DNA of 64,000 bases from Methanotrichaceae archaeon (GCA_963803145.1 CAWDLW010000020.1:153515-217514); one strand, 5' to 3'. Shown: positions 1 through 10,212, counted from the first letter of the stretch. Notes: generated from the sequence alone by a model not told the origin. Program-made: numbers and translations.

Positions 1-163
1 ACGAATCTGAAGCTGTTCACCGAAATCAGGCTATTTTTATTCCCCCGCTGTCCTGGCAATATGTTCAAAACACAGGGACTGCTGATTTGAAATTCCTATG
101 TATAGTTGATCCAAGCTGGAGCGAAGACGATGAAGAGATATATGACCCTAATGGTGTTAATGC

Positions 164-1297
164 ATGAGTTCTAATCCTACATACATGAAGTCTGAAGGCC
201 TCCTTGAAGGCCTAAAGGACAGCGATGATCGCCTGAAAACTGAGGCTCTAAAGATACCTGAGGAGAGAAAGAGATTAGGGCTTGAAGGTCTTGTGGGCGG
301 TCTGCAGGCAGTGGTTATAAACACTGAGCCTGAAATGCAAAGATCTGCCGTCGAAGAGCTTTTGAGGTACACCGGCCTCCACTTTCAGGAAGCCTTTCAG
401 AATGAGGGCTTAAGAACCTGTGTTCTCGAAGTTCCAGGAGCGTCCGATTTCCGGTCTGCAGATTTCCTCATCACATCCCGGATGCAGGGGAATCCTTTTG
501 AAAAGGTAAACATAGCCCCAAAATCAAAGCACCTTCCGAACACAAGGCTTGAGACATTCATCTTCGAAACAAACAATATCGACAGGTATGTTTCAATCCA
601 GAAATCTCTGGGTGTTAAGTTCCTCACCGATGATATCGTGGATAAGGAGAACTATTCGTTCATCCAGACTGAACCTTCGCAGTTTACCGGCAACTCGATA
701 GGCCTCATTCAATGGAAAGGCAACAGGGGTGATTACAAGACGGCGGATTCAAAAGCCATCGACTGGAGACCAGAGAAGCCGGATTTCGATTATCTCAAGA
801 ACATAAGATGGATCGATCATGCAGCAACCAGGGTTAAGGCTCAGGAGAGAGATGCCAGCATAATCGAGTTTATGAAGCTGACCAACTACAAGTTCGATTT
901 TGCTATTTATGTAAAGGGCCTTAACTCCATAACAAGCGTTGCCAGGCTCTCGCATTCAGATTATGCCGCGGTCTTCACATCAGGCATCACACCCTACATC
1001 AGCGACGAGATATCCGGCCCGACAGAGAAGTTCATTCAAAACTACGGCACAAGGGTGCACCACATCGCCTTCCAGACTGATAAGATAGAGGAGACATTCC
1101 AAGCGATAAAGGATGACGGCATGAAGTTCCTGATAGAGCTTGTCGGTTCGCCCGAAGAAGGGCTTAAGCAAACCTTCTCAGAGCCCTCGAAGAATACGCT
1201 GCTGGTAAATGAGTACATACATAGATACGGAGATTTCGACGGGTTCTTCACCAAATCCAATGTGACTTTGCTGACTGAAGCTACAGGCAAGCAGTGA
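164..1297 (+). CDS. VOC/glyoxalase-superfamily protein with HPPD-like C-terminal domain
   Basis: IDHAAT, VHHIAF and NEYIHRYGDFDGFF resemble the His/His/Glu metal triad of the 4-hydroxyphenylpyruvate dioxygenase C-domain. Confidence 0.65.
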   Translation: MSSNPTYMKSEGLLEGLKDSDDRLKTEALKIPEERKRLGLEGLVGGLQAVVINTEPEMQRSAVEELLRYTGLHFQEAFQNEGLRTCVLEVPGASDFRSADFLITSRMQGNPFEKVNIAPKSKHLPNTRLETFIFETNNIDRYVSIQKSLGVKFLTDDIVDKENYSFIQTEPSQFTGNSIGLIQWKGNRGDYKTADSKAIDWRPEKPDFDYLKNIRWIDHAATRVKAQERDASIIEFMKLTNYKFDFAIYVKGLNSITSVARLSHSDYAAVFTSGITPYISDEISGPTEKFIQNYGTRVHHIAFQTDKIEETFQAIKDDGMKFLIELVGSPEEGLKQTFSEPSKNTLLVNEYIHRYGDFDGFFTKSNVTLLTEATGKQ

Positions 1298-1474
1298 GAG
1301 TAAAAAAGAGTAGAAAATGCTAGATTAAAGTGCATTCCAAAGCGGGCTCAGCGGTCTCGCTTAAGATTCCTTTTGTTTGGAAACTTAATTTTGGAGCCCG
1401 AAGAGTTACAGAACCCACAAGCGAAATATTATAATATTGGTAGCAGCCCTATTGCCGTCTTAGGAAGGCTGATT

Positions 1475-1969
1475 ATGGAGAACATTAAGATCAAAGAATT
1501 CCCGCTGCTTGTTCTGTGCATAATTATCTGCCAGGCAGCAGGCTCTATTGGCTCATTTTTCACAAACATGTCGGTCTCCACCTGGTATCCAACCCTCGCA
1601 AAGCCCTGGTTCACGCCTCCAGGATGGCTGATCGGTGTTGTGTGGTTCATCCTCTTCATACTAATGGGCATAGCTCTCTTTTTTGTTTGGCGAAACAACC
1701 TGCGTCTGCGCAATGCACTTATCAGGAACGCCATCACAATCTTCGGAGCCCAGCTTATCGTTAACATCCTATGGTCTGCCGCATTCTTCGGCCTGCAGTC
1801 GCCTCTGTATGGATTGGCAGTGATATCTATTCTATGGGTTCTGATATTGGCCACGATTGTGATGTTCTGGCGTGTATCCAGGGACGCAGCGTTACTTCTG
1901 GTGCCCTATATCCTCTGGGTGAGCTTTGCTGCTTTCCTCAATTATAATATCTGGATGCTGAATCATTGA
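1475..1969 (+). CDS. tspO: TspO/MBR tryptophan-rich sensory membrane protein
   Basis: WYPTLAKPWFTPPGW, WSAAFFG and LLVPYILWVSFAAFLN motifs; ATG 1475 preferred over TTG 1373. Confidence 0.9.
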   Translation: MENIKIKEFPLLVLCIIICQAAGSIGSFFTNMSVSTWYPTLAKPWFTPPGWLIGVVWFILFILMGIALFFVWRNNLRLRNALIRNAITIFGAQLIVNILWSAAFFGLQSPLYGLAVISILWVLILATIVMFWRVSRDAALLLVPYILWVSFAAFLNYNIWMLNH

Positions 1970-2376
1970 GGTCGATGTATTCAGCATACCCTTTACCCTT
2001 TACCATTTTTTTGCTCTCGCTTCCAAAACGATCCAATCTTTAGCGCCATTGAGACACAGCACAGTGTGGATACATCCTATAATACCACAAATAAATCCGA
2101 ATCCCAAACGATGAAGCATGATACGCAAGCAAGCCAGAGGAACAATATAGAATATAGGCCAGCTCAACTGAGCAGCAAAATTCCTAGGAATGCCATTGTG
2201 ATTGGTAGCAGAAATAGTAGCCAGACAACGCATCTGGTCTGGGAGATATTCGCGACAATGGCTCAAGCTTCCATAATCGATTATATAACTGGAACCTTAG
2301 ATAGCGAACAACAAGCGAAGTCATGGCACGAAAAAATGAGCTAGCCGCATTGTCAATCAAGCATCTAAGAGATTAT

Positions 2377-2408
2377 CGAATTTGCGGGTTTGCGAATTTG
2401 CGGGTTTG
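2377..2408. repeat. 16-bp perfect tandem duplication (CGAATTTGCGGGTTTG x2)
   Basis: Read directly; intergenic, upstream of the Cache gene. Confidence 0.85.
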
Positions 2409-2477
2409 TCTGCAAAAACCACTTTGATTTGCTGAATATTCCACAAAACTCATATATCATGAAAAATATGCACATTT

Positions 2478-3401
2478 ATGGAAGCTCTTAGAGTCTATGC
2501 AATCTTGTTCCTCCTAGGAGCGGTTATTTCTCCGGGCATCTGTGCCGCGGCCGCTTCAGGGAATAATAGCTCGAATGCTAGTATAGCGGCTGCATCTGCT
2601 GGAACCTCTCATGCAGATCTTATCGCTTTTGTAGATAATGCAGTAGCCTATGCCAAAGCTAACGGAAAAGAGATGGCCATCAAAGAGTTCAATAACAACA
2701 AATCGACTCAGTTCATTAAAGGTGAACTCTATATCTTTGCTGTTGACTTCAATGGCACAACCATAGCCCACCCATATCGACCGGATTTCGTGGGAAAGAG
2801 CCAGATGAGTCTAAATGATACAAATGGTGTTCCATTCTTTAAGAATATGGCCACTGTTGCAAATAGAGGCAATGGGTCAGTCTATTATGTCTTCGCCAAT
2901 CCTGCTCATAATAAGAAACCGGAGCTGAAGTTAACCTACGTTGAGAAGGTAGATAATACCTGGTGGCTGGGCGCTGGAACTTACCTGTCCAATATGTCGG
3001 CAAACTTCAGCCAGGCATCCAGGAATAATCTCACAAGCTTTGTCAATTCGGCTGCTAATTATGCAAAGGAGTACGGGAAAAACAAAGCCTTGAAGGAATT
3101 CAACGACAAGAATGGCACATTCTTCAAGGGAGGACTGTATGTGTTCGCCTATGACTTCAACGGCACAACACTTGCAGCCCCAACTCAGCCAAATCTATTA
3201 GGCACAAATAGGATCAATGTCACCGATCCAAATGGAGTTAAGCTCGTTAGGGACATGGGAGATCTGGCCAAAGGCGGAAAAGGATTCACCTATTACATCT
3301 ACGCCGATCCGACAAAGAATATGATGCAGAGGCTCAAGCTGAGCTGTGTCGAGAATGTGGATAATACCTGGTTCCTGGGTGCAGGCCAATACGCCCAATG
3401 A
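2478..3401 (+). CDS. Secreted tandem Cache-domain protein
   Basis: Signal peptide, then two repeats of A..EFN....F.KG.LY.FA.DFNGT..A.P...G......D.NG; no TM, HAMP or output domain. Confidence 0.85.
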   Translation: MEALRVYAILFLLGAVISPGICAAAASGNNSSNASIAAASAGTSHADLIAFVDNAVAYAKANGKEMAIKEFNNNKSTQFIKGELYIFAVDFNGTTIAHPYRPDFVGKSQMSLNDTNGVPFFKNMATVANRGNGSVYYVFANPAHNKKPELKLTYVEKVDNTWWLGAGTYLSNMSANFSQASRNNLTSFVNSAANYAKEYGKNKALKEFNDKNGTFFKGGLYVFAYDFNGTTLAAPTQPNLLGTNRINVTDPNGVKLVRDMGDLAKGGKGFTYYIYADPTKNMMQRLKLSCVENVDNTWFLGAGQYAQ

Positions 3402-3728
3402 ATTGTTGAGATACAGTTGAATAGCCCAAAGGCGCATGAGCTGCGCCATTGGCCATATTTTTGAGGAGGTTATTTCTGAACCATGAACCGCAAATGCCTT
3501 TAAAGTATTTCCCTGGGCGACCAAATATCTCATCATAGAATTCTTTTCTTATGTCTTTATGGTTTCGCATGAAAATTGGCCAATGGGCATCGATTTAATA
3601 ATTCATTATGAGGCGCAGTCTCCTAGAAGTCTTCCACTAAAAACATTCATCCAGTAACTAAGTTATTCTTAGTTTTAGGATGGCTATGTATTTAAACGAT
3701 TGAGAGAATGAAGCAACGGGAGAACAAA

Positions 3729-4067
3729 ATGAGACGACTGATACTAATAATATCCATCTTACTAGCGATAACAGTTTTATCCCACAGCCTTGCACCAGCC
3801 CAACTTAGCGGCACCGATGGCATGGCATTGCTGAAGGGCTTGACAAACAGCTCGGAAAATCTTACTATGGGCAATAACACGACGTCTGACCACTCCAATA
3901 GCAAGATACTTGTCTCGCTCAGCGGCAATAATGGCACTGCGTTGCTATCCAACTTAACGAATAACCCGGCGAACCTGTCTTGGGGCTCTAAGCCACGTAC
4001 ACCGCCTCCACCACCATCATATACTGATGCCCTGTACGCTCAGGTTATCCATGATAACCACGTATGA
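3729..4067 (+). CDS. Small secreted protein with LSGxxGxALL repeats and Pro-rich tail (paralog of 15233-15583)
   Basis: Signal peptide; start set at ATG 3729 by alignment with the paralog. Confidence 0.75.
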   Translation: MRRLILIISILLAITVLSHSLAPAQLSGTDGMALLKGLTNSSENLTMGNNTTSDHSNSKILVSLSGNNGTALLSNLTNNPANLSWGSKPRTPPPPPSYTDALYAQVIHDNHV

Positions 4068-4260
4068 TCCTTCTGATGCCGGGATACCGGACATCATAAG
4101 AATACGATAGTAGATCTTGCATCTGCTGCATTAATCTGAGAGAACCGTGGCTGGCTGCGTGGATCGGCCAGAACTAAATCTTATTTGGGCCTAAGTATTT
4201 TCAAAGGCAATAAGATTGAACTTGCAAAAAGTTATACGCTTAGAGAATCAGTTTTAAAAT

Positions 4261-4524
4261 ATGATAATGTCCATTCCATTATCATCTCCTCCTTTACTTG
4301 CCGCCACATTTTTGATAGCTTTGGGCGTAGCTTTGATTCCCTTATCGGCAAGGTACGGCATCATATGCATAGGCGCAGGAAGCATCATTATGGGCTTAGT
4401 GATGTTGGCAGATCTGCCCAAAGGATTCGAGCTTCAAGGGATTATATTGTTTGGATTAGTCATCGTGGTGGGAGCCTGGATGATAGCTGTGGGCCTGAAG
4501 AATCCTGTAAAAAAGGATCGCTGA
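4261..4524 (+). CDS. Small membrane protein (about 3 TM)
   Basis: Three hydrophobic segments and a basic C-terminus. Confidence 0.6.
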   Translation: MIMSIPLSSPPLLAATFLIALGVALIPLSARYGIICIGAGSIIMGLVMLADLPKGFELQGIILFGLVIVVGAWMIAVGLKNPVKKDR

Positions 4525-4604
4525 AGATGAATTGGGTATCTTGAGATCATACTTTATATTTGGGGCCAATACTTGTGGCTTTGCTACTAACTTAAGAGCC
4601 TGCA

Positions 4605-4713
4605 CTCTCTGGGGCTAATACTAGCGGCTTTCCTGGCGCGCTCCAACGCCCGCGCGGGCTGCCCCTAACCCCTCTACGGGGGAAGGTTTTGGAAAACGCA
4701 TGCTATAAAGTTG
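4605..4713. repeat. GC-rich arm, inverted copy of 9349-9456
   Basis: 4650-4675 CCGCGCGGGCTGCCCCTAACCCCTCT is the exact reverse complement of 9389-9414; similarity extends over about 105 bp. Confidence 0.9.
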
Positions 4714-4763
4714 GAGGGGAATGGAAACGCTATAGTCGGAGATCCTTTTTGCATTTTGCTGCA

Positions 4764-6242
4764 CTAAACTCCGTCTATTGTCTTGTCCTTCCCAAGCTCT
4801 TCATATATCGACCTGAACTGCTCCAGCGCTGTCTCCAGATTCTCCACTATTTCGGCGGCCAGCACCTCAGGCTCTGGAAGGTTATCTGAATCCTCTAAAC
4901 TCTCGTCTTTGAGCCAGAAGATGTCCAGGCTGGCTTTATCCCTCTTCATGAGATCTTCGTAGCTAAAAGCCCTGAAGCGCTCAGTCTCCTGCCTCTGATG
5001 CCGATTATCAGGGTTATAGCACTTGATGAAGTCCTGCAGGTCCTCAAGCTTGAGGGGATTGGTCTTGAGTGTAAAGTGCTGATTGGTCCTCAGGTCGTAG
5101 ATCCAGAGCTTCTCAGTCCACGGATTTTGGCTGGCAGGCTTACGATCAAAGAATAACACGTTGGCCTTGACACCCTGGGCATAGAAAACGCCAGTGGGCA
5201 GCCGCAGTAGCGTGTGTACATCGCACTCCTGAAGCAGCTTACGCCTTACTGTTTCTCCTGCGCCGCCCTCGAAGAGAACGTTGTCAGGCACGACTATTGC
5301 TGCCCTGCCATTTATCTTGAGCAATGTCTTGATGTGCTGCAGGAAGTTGAGCTGCTTGTTGGAGGTCGTGGCACAGAAATCCTGGCGGCTGTATGTTATG
5401 GTCTCCTTATCGGTTTTACCCTCGCCATTGATGATGGTGATGCTGCTCTTTTTGCCAAATGGCGGATTGGTCAGAACCAGATCTGCACGCTCGCCTCGAT
5501 CTGCGATCAGGGAATCGGCCACATCAATTGGGCTTTCCTCGCCGCCTATGCCGTGGAGGTATAGGTTCATTGCACAGAGGCGGGCGACGCTGTCCACGAT
5601 GTCTGTGCCCTTTAGTGTTTTATTCTTCAGAAAAAGCTTTTGATCTTTATCCAGGGGATTTTGATGCTGATGCTCGACATAGTCGTAAGCCGCCAGGAGA
5701 AAGCCGCCTGTGCCGCATGCCGGATCGTTGATGGTCTCGCCGGGCTTAGGCCGCATAACTTCAACCATAGCCTTGATAAGCGATCTTGGCGTGAAATATT
5801 GCCCAGCTCCACCCTTAACGTCCTCGGCGTTCTTCTCAAGAAGGCCCTCGTAGATTTTGCCCTTCACATCTATATTTAGGCCGACCCAGGTCTCGCCATC
5901 GATAAGCTTAACCAGGCGCCTAAGTTTAGCTGGGTCCTGGATTTTGTTCTGGGATTTCCGGAATATGACGCCCAGCATTCCAGGCTCTTTGCCCAAAGCT
6001 TCAAGAATATGGCGATAATGAGCCTCAAGCTCTGCCCCACCCTTCTTCAGAATGCTTTGCCAATCGAGATCCTGTGGTATTTTCGAGGGCCTGTTATAGG
6101 GAGGGCGGCTCTGCTCATCGGCCATTTTAAGGAACAGCAGGTAGGTTAGCTGTTCCACATAGTCGCCGTAGCTAACGCCATCATCACGGAGAACATGGCA
6201 GTAGTTCCAAAATCGCTGGACGATGGTGGATTCTTCGGTCAT
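4764..6242 (-). CDS. hsdM: Type I restriction-modification N6-adenine methyltransferase
   Basis: Motif I DPACGTGGFL, motif IV NPPF, GQYFTPR. Confidence 0.95.
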   Translation of the reverse strand: MTEESTIVQRFWNYCHVLRDDGVSYGDYVEQLTYLLFLKMADEQSRPPYNRPSKIPQDLDWQSILKKGGAELEAHYRHILEALGKEPGMLGVIFRKSQNKIQDPAKLRRLVKLIDGETWVGLNIDVKGKIYEGLLEKNAEDVKGGAGQYFTPRSLIKAMVEVMRPKPGETINDPACGTGGFLLAAYDYVEHQHQNPLDKDQKLFLKNKTLKGTDIVDSVARLCAMNLYLHGIGGEESPIDVADSLIADRGERADLVLTNPPFGKKSSITIINGEGKTDKETITYSRQDFCATTSNKQLNFLQHIKTLLKINGRAAIVVPDNVLFEGGAGETVRRKLLQECDVHTLLRLPTGVFYAQGVKANVLFFDRKPASQNPWTEKLWIYDLRTNQHFTLKTNPLKLEDLQDFIKCYNPDNRHQRQETERFRAFSYEDLMKRDKASLDIFWLKDESLEDSDNLPEPEVLAAEIVENLETALEQFRSIYEELGKDKTIDGV

Positions 6243-7523
6243 TGGATCAGCCTCATCTGGCGGGTATTATTATTTCTTCTGCTTCTCCTTGGAGCTTCTT
6301 TTGCGCTTTCTGCTTTGATTCTCTCCGGGAGCACGCTGGCTGGCTCATCGTTGGGGTCTTGGGGGACGAGCCTGCCTTCGAAGGCACACTTGAGGACGGA
6401 TTGGCGAAGTTTGTCTGCATAAATGAGGTTTTGGCCTAAGATTTTCTCAGACTCATCGCAGATGGATAAACGTCTCTCAACTTCACCAACAATTATTTCA
6501 TTTTCCTCATTGGGTGGTAACGGGACAGGAAATGCGCTTAGTTTTGTGAGATTGACCGATGCGAGGTTTGTTGTTTGTTTTCCCTCTTTTAGGAAGTAAT
6601 TTTTGCCGTAAGTATTCCCAAACCAGGATACAAATTTATTGGAAACTTCTTTTGAATATAACCTCGCTCTAAATACGTGATTTTGATGGATACACTCAGG
6701 TAATTCCTTTTGCCATATCCAACCTCGACCTAATTTATCCCTATCTCCGCCTTCATTAAAGAGAATATCCCCCTGTTCTAGTCGTAGTTCTGAAATTGTC
6801 TCTTCAGATGCTTCAATTTCCTTAATTTCACTCAGATCGAGATATCCACGCTGAACATTCGCTACACGTAAATAAGGAACTCTACGGCCATTTTCTACTT
6901 TGCGTTTTGTATCTTTTGTTATCCCACCTTTAAGAGAGGCTAGTGCATCTAGCCGCACCCATAGCCAAGAATCAGGAAGCTTTGGTAACCCAGTTAAATC
7001 CAAACCATTTAAACCGCTAAACGCTTTTCCCGATCTGGCTTGTTTTATAACAAGAATACGTTTTAGCAACTCATCCGAAGGCTCCACATCCGGGTGCACC
7101 TTTCGCCACTCCTCCGTGAGCCTGCCCTCCGCCGCCGCCTTGAGCACCGCCTGACGATAGCGCTTGAGCTGGGCTTTAGCCTTCTGCAATGCCTCGGCTC
7201 CGGCATCTAATCGGCTGAAAAGCTCCTCAATGCGGGCAACGATGCGATGCTGTTCAGAAAGAGGTGGAATTAGAATAGGTATATTTCCCAATGTCTTTTG
7301 ATTTATGTTTGTAATAGTTACCTGGGAGCTTCCTTCAACAATCTTTTCGCGTATTAAATTGCTTCTTAAATAATATGTTACATATTCTGGGCTTGCTAAT
7401 ATCTTCTCTAATCGAGCCCTTATGATAAAACCACAAAAAGTTATAGGCTCATTCTCTTCCATAAACAAAGCTGGCCATCCAACTCCTTCCCTTTTCACAG
7501 ATGACCTTACTATAGTTAATCTC

Positions 7524-8051
7524 CTAGCTTTTTGCACTAAGAAATCGCTCCACCCAGGACTTTGAATATCCATCCTTTTTGGAATAAAATATTTCTAAAG
7601 CGCAATCTTGGCTAGCTATAATAGCTTCATCGAAATCAGTGTATTTGGCGATCTCTCTTTTGAAATCCTTCCAACCGAATTCTATAGGATTCAAATCTGG
7701 TGAATAGGGGATATTATAAATTAAGTGAATATCGATTTCCTCAGCTAGTTTTCTAAATTTCTTGGCCAAATGAATTCTAGCATTATCTAAAAGTATACAA
7801 ATTGGCCTCATAATATTATTATTTCTTATATTTTGAGCAAATGCCATCAACGCTTCCTTCTTAGAGGAGTTGGAAACCATAACCTCATCATTGCCATTTA
7901 ATGCTATAAATCCAAAAATAGTTCTTGATCTAACCTTTCCAGGTTTATAATTTATTAAATGAGTGTTTAAGACTCTACGTGTATTAGGGCGCTGTTGTAA
8001 AGAGCTTTCATCAAGAAATCCTATAACAGGATCAGTAACAGTGGTCAGCAC
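7524..8051 (-). CDS. IS630 transposase, DDE domain (ORF B)
   Basis: FLDES, LLDNARIH and PYSPDLNPIE motifs. Confidence 0.92.
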   Translation of the reverse strand: MLTTVTDPVIGFLDESSLQQRPNTRRVLNTHLINYKPGKVRSRTIFGFIALNGNDEVMVSNSSKKEALMAFAQNIRNNNIMRPICILLDNARIHLAKKFRKLAEEIDIHLIYNIPYSPDLNPIEFGWKDFKREIAKYTDFDEAIIASQDCALEIFYSKKDGYSKSWVERFLSAKS

Positions 8052-8529
8052 TGATTTTATCCTTTTTTAAAAAACTTTCTGCATCTGCAGGCCTCTTTTC
8101 ATTTCTGATGTATGGTTTCCCATACTTAACTTTTTTCACTACTCTTAAAATTCGCCAGCCATATTTATATGAAAAATCTATACCTCTTGTATCCCTTACA
8201 TATTTTAATACGTCTTTTATCGTCATTCCTTTGTCTTCAATTTCTTTAATAACTCTATCCCATTCATCAAGAGACATCTTTGGCTTTTTGCCATTTCTAT
8301 TCTTTGGTGTCAATCCATTATAGCCTTGATTATTCCATCTGCTTAACCAATATTTTATTGTCCTCTCGCCCCTTTTTAAAATATCAGCTACCTCATATAC
8401 GTTTTTCCCTTCATATAAATGTATTATTGCCAATAACCGTTCCTTAATCCTTAGATCAGTCTCTTTTTTATATAATTTATCAAGGTCTATCTTTGATATA
8501 TGCCTAATTATTATAGGTTTTCTACCCAT
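8032..8529 (-). CDS. IS630 transposase, HTH DNA-binding domain (ORF A)
   Basis: RLLAIIHLYEG...VADIL...TIKYWLSRWNNQGYNGL HTH; overlaps ORF B across a T6A6G tract. Confidence 0.9.
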   Translation of the reverse strand: MGRKPIIIRHISKIDLDKLYKKETDLRIKERLLAIIHLYEGKNVYEVADILKRGERTIKYWLSRWNNQGYNGLTPKNRNGKKPKMSLDEWDRVIKEIEDKGMTIKDVLKYVRDTRGIDFSYKYGWRILRVVKKVKYGKPYIRNEKRPADAESFLKKDKISADHCY

Positions 8530-8837
8530 GCCTATGTATTTTCACGCATTAATTATTAAATGTATCTATAGGGCAATAAGCTCAATGATTAACTATAATA
8601 ATACATCGCCATTATTCAAATAGTAATCTTTGTTTATATCTTTATTAACTCTATATAGACTATCTTTATTTATGCCGATGCTTTTGGAGTACATGTTTAA
8701 TACATCAATGGTTAATATACCTTGATCGCTTTTTTGTTCACTCGAAAAATTAATACCGTTTTTGAATTCTGCTATTTCTTTAAAACTAGTTAACGTCCAA
8801 TTAGGAGGTAAATTATTTTGATCCTTCTCGACGTCCA

Positions 8838-8993
8838 TCATTCTGCTAGCGCCTCGTTCCGTGGATCATTTGCCCTATCCTGGAGCGATTTTGACTCCAT
8901 AAAATCCTGGATAGTCTTGTCCTTGGAATATTCTTCGATCAGGTCTATGGACTCCAAAATGTGGGCAAAGAAAATCAGAGGATCTTTCTTCAT
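8838..8993 (-). pseudogene. Truncated HepT/DUF86 (HEPN) toxin fused to a remnant of the hsdR C-terminus
   Basis: My translation: MKKDPLIFFAHILESIDLIEEYSKDKTIQDFMESKSLQD-RANDPR-NEALAE*; ATGA overlap with the MNT gene; no RxxxxH motif. Confidence 0.8.
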
Positions 8994-9277
8994 AATATAG
9001 GGACCTGCTCAGCTAATATTCTTTCTTTGAGTAGAGGATGCAAAGACCGATATGTAACAACATCAACTCGCCTATTCAGGGCATCTTCAAGCTCAATTTT
9101 TAATCCTGAGATATCCAGCAGGCTCTTTCTTCCTTCAAACTCTACCAGAAGATCCACATCGCTCTCCTCGGTCATCTCCCCTCTTACGATTGACCCAAAA
9201 AACGATGCCCTTTTTACGTCATTCCGGCGTAGGATGTCTATTATCTTTTCACGGACGGGCTGCATCTGGTCTCTCAT
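8990..9277 (-). CDS. Minimal nucleotidyltransferase (MNT) antitoxin
   Basis: FGSIVRGE...SDVDLLV and VDVVT motifs; 95 aa. Confidence 0.92.
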   Translation of the reverse strand: MRDQMQPVREKIIDILRRNDVKRASFFGSIVRGEMTEESDVDLLVEFEGRKSLLDISGLKIELEDALNRRVDVVTYRSLHPLLKERILAEQVPIL

Positions 9278-9348
9278 TTTCCTCCCCTAGAACATTGAGA
9301 TTATACCATTTTACTTTTTCTGCGTTATGCTGTTCATCTTGCTTTCAT

Positions 9349-9456
9349 CAACCTTATAGCCTATCGTTTTCCAGAGCCTTCCCCCGGCAGAGGGGTTAGG
9401 GGCAGCCCGCGCGGCGATTGAGCGCGCTAGAATAGCCGTTAGAGTTAGCGCCAGAG
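9349..9456. repeat. GC-rich arm, inverted copy of 4605-4713 and homologous to 60512-60625
   Basis: GGGGTTAGGGGCAGCCCGCGCGGCGATTGAGCGCGC versus GGGGTCAGGAGCAGCCCGCGCGGCGCCTGAGCGCGC at 60.5 kb. Confidence 0.9.
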
Positions 9457-9630
9457 AAAAGCGTAGCTTTTGAATTGTATTAGCCTGCTTTAGCGTGAAA
9501 TCAAAGCGATTCTGAATCATGCGCCCTTGAACTAAAACCTTTTGAAGATAGGTCGGCGACTACCCAGATAAGCTTAAATCCCTATTTATATATCAAAATT
9601 GGCAAAGAGTACTCAGGAGTTGTCTCAGAA

Positions 9631-10212
9631 ATGAGGATGAATTTGAGTATCTGGCTGAATCTGATGTTAATTGTGACCTTTTCCCTATTGCTCAGCGGCT
9701 GCCTTGGTAATGGGGACAATAAAATGCATGTAGCTCAGGGCACGCATCTCAAATTTATGAATATGGGGCCATATTTAGTAGAGCTGAACCTGACGGACAA
9801 TAATGAGTACTCTATTGGTGATGTAAAAATCGATAGGGGCAACGTGAAGACTGGCCCTCCGGATCGCTTCACTCCATCCAATTATACCCAATATAGCAGA
9901 GATATCATGGATAAAATGGGCGGGGAGAAGAAGTTATCTCTAAAGATTGACCATTACGATGCGAAGATAATGACCTCTAATGATAACCTTCTTCAGCTTG
10001 GCCTTTTGAAGTGGCCCTGGGATGGAAGCGCCCAATATGAGTCGCATTATTTAAAGAACTACGATTGGGTCACCGCAAAGGGGGCGCTAGATAACGAAAT
10101 TGATGCAGCCAGCTGGATTGATGATCATACTATGCTCTCGCTGAAGATGTTCAATCTCAATCAGAGCGATTCACTGGCGATATTAGATTCTGTGATGTCC
10201 AGATCCTTATAA
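9631..10212 (+). CDS. Putative lipoprotein, unknown function
   Basis: Hydrophobic leader ending in an LSGC lipobox. Confidence 0.7.
   Translation: MRMNLSIWLNLMLIVTFSLLLSGCLGNGDNKMHVAQGTHLKFMNMGPYLVELNLTDNNEYSIGDVKIDRGNVKTGPPDRFTPSNYTQYSRDIMDKMGGEKKLSLKIDHYDAKIMTSNDNLLQLGLLKWPWDGSAQYESHYLKNYDWVTAKGALDNEIDAASWIDDHTMLSLKMFNLNQSDSLAILDSVMSRSL

Larger units (their letters stand above)
7513..8595 (-). mobile_element. IS630-family insertion sequence, 1083 bp
   Basis: Imperfect TIRs starting TAGTTAATC; TA target duplication at 7511-7512 and 8596-8597; AT-rich. Confidence 0.92.
6239..8841 (-). pseudogene. hsdS: Type I R-M specificity subunit interrupted by IS630
   Basis: LPPNW start, IPPLSEQHRIVARIEELFS and EGRLVPQDPNDEPAS motifs; removing 7513-8595 plus one TA restores GDVLLVRSS in frame (505 aa). 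Confidence 0.92.

Noticed and set aside
2000-2344. ORFs 2066-2344 and 2000-2266 as genes or a transposase remnant
   Set aside because: No recognisable motif, TIR or TSD
7509-8599. TATA as a 4-bp target duplication of the IS630 element
   Set aside because: Only a TA duplication restores the hsdS reading frame; TATA would leave a stop codon
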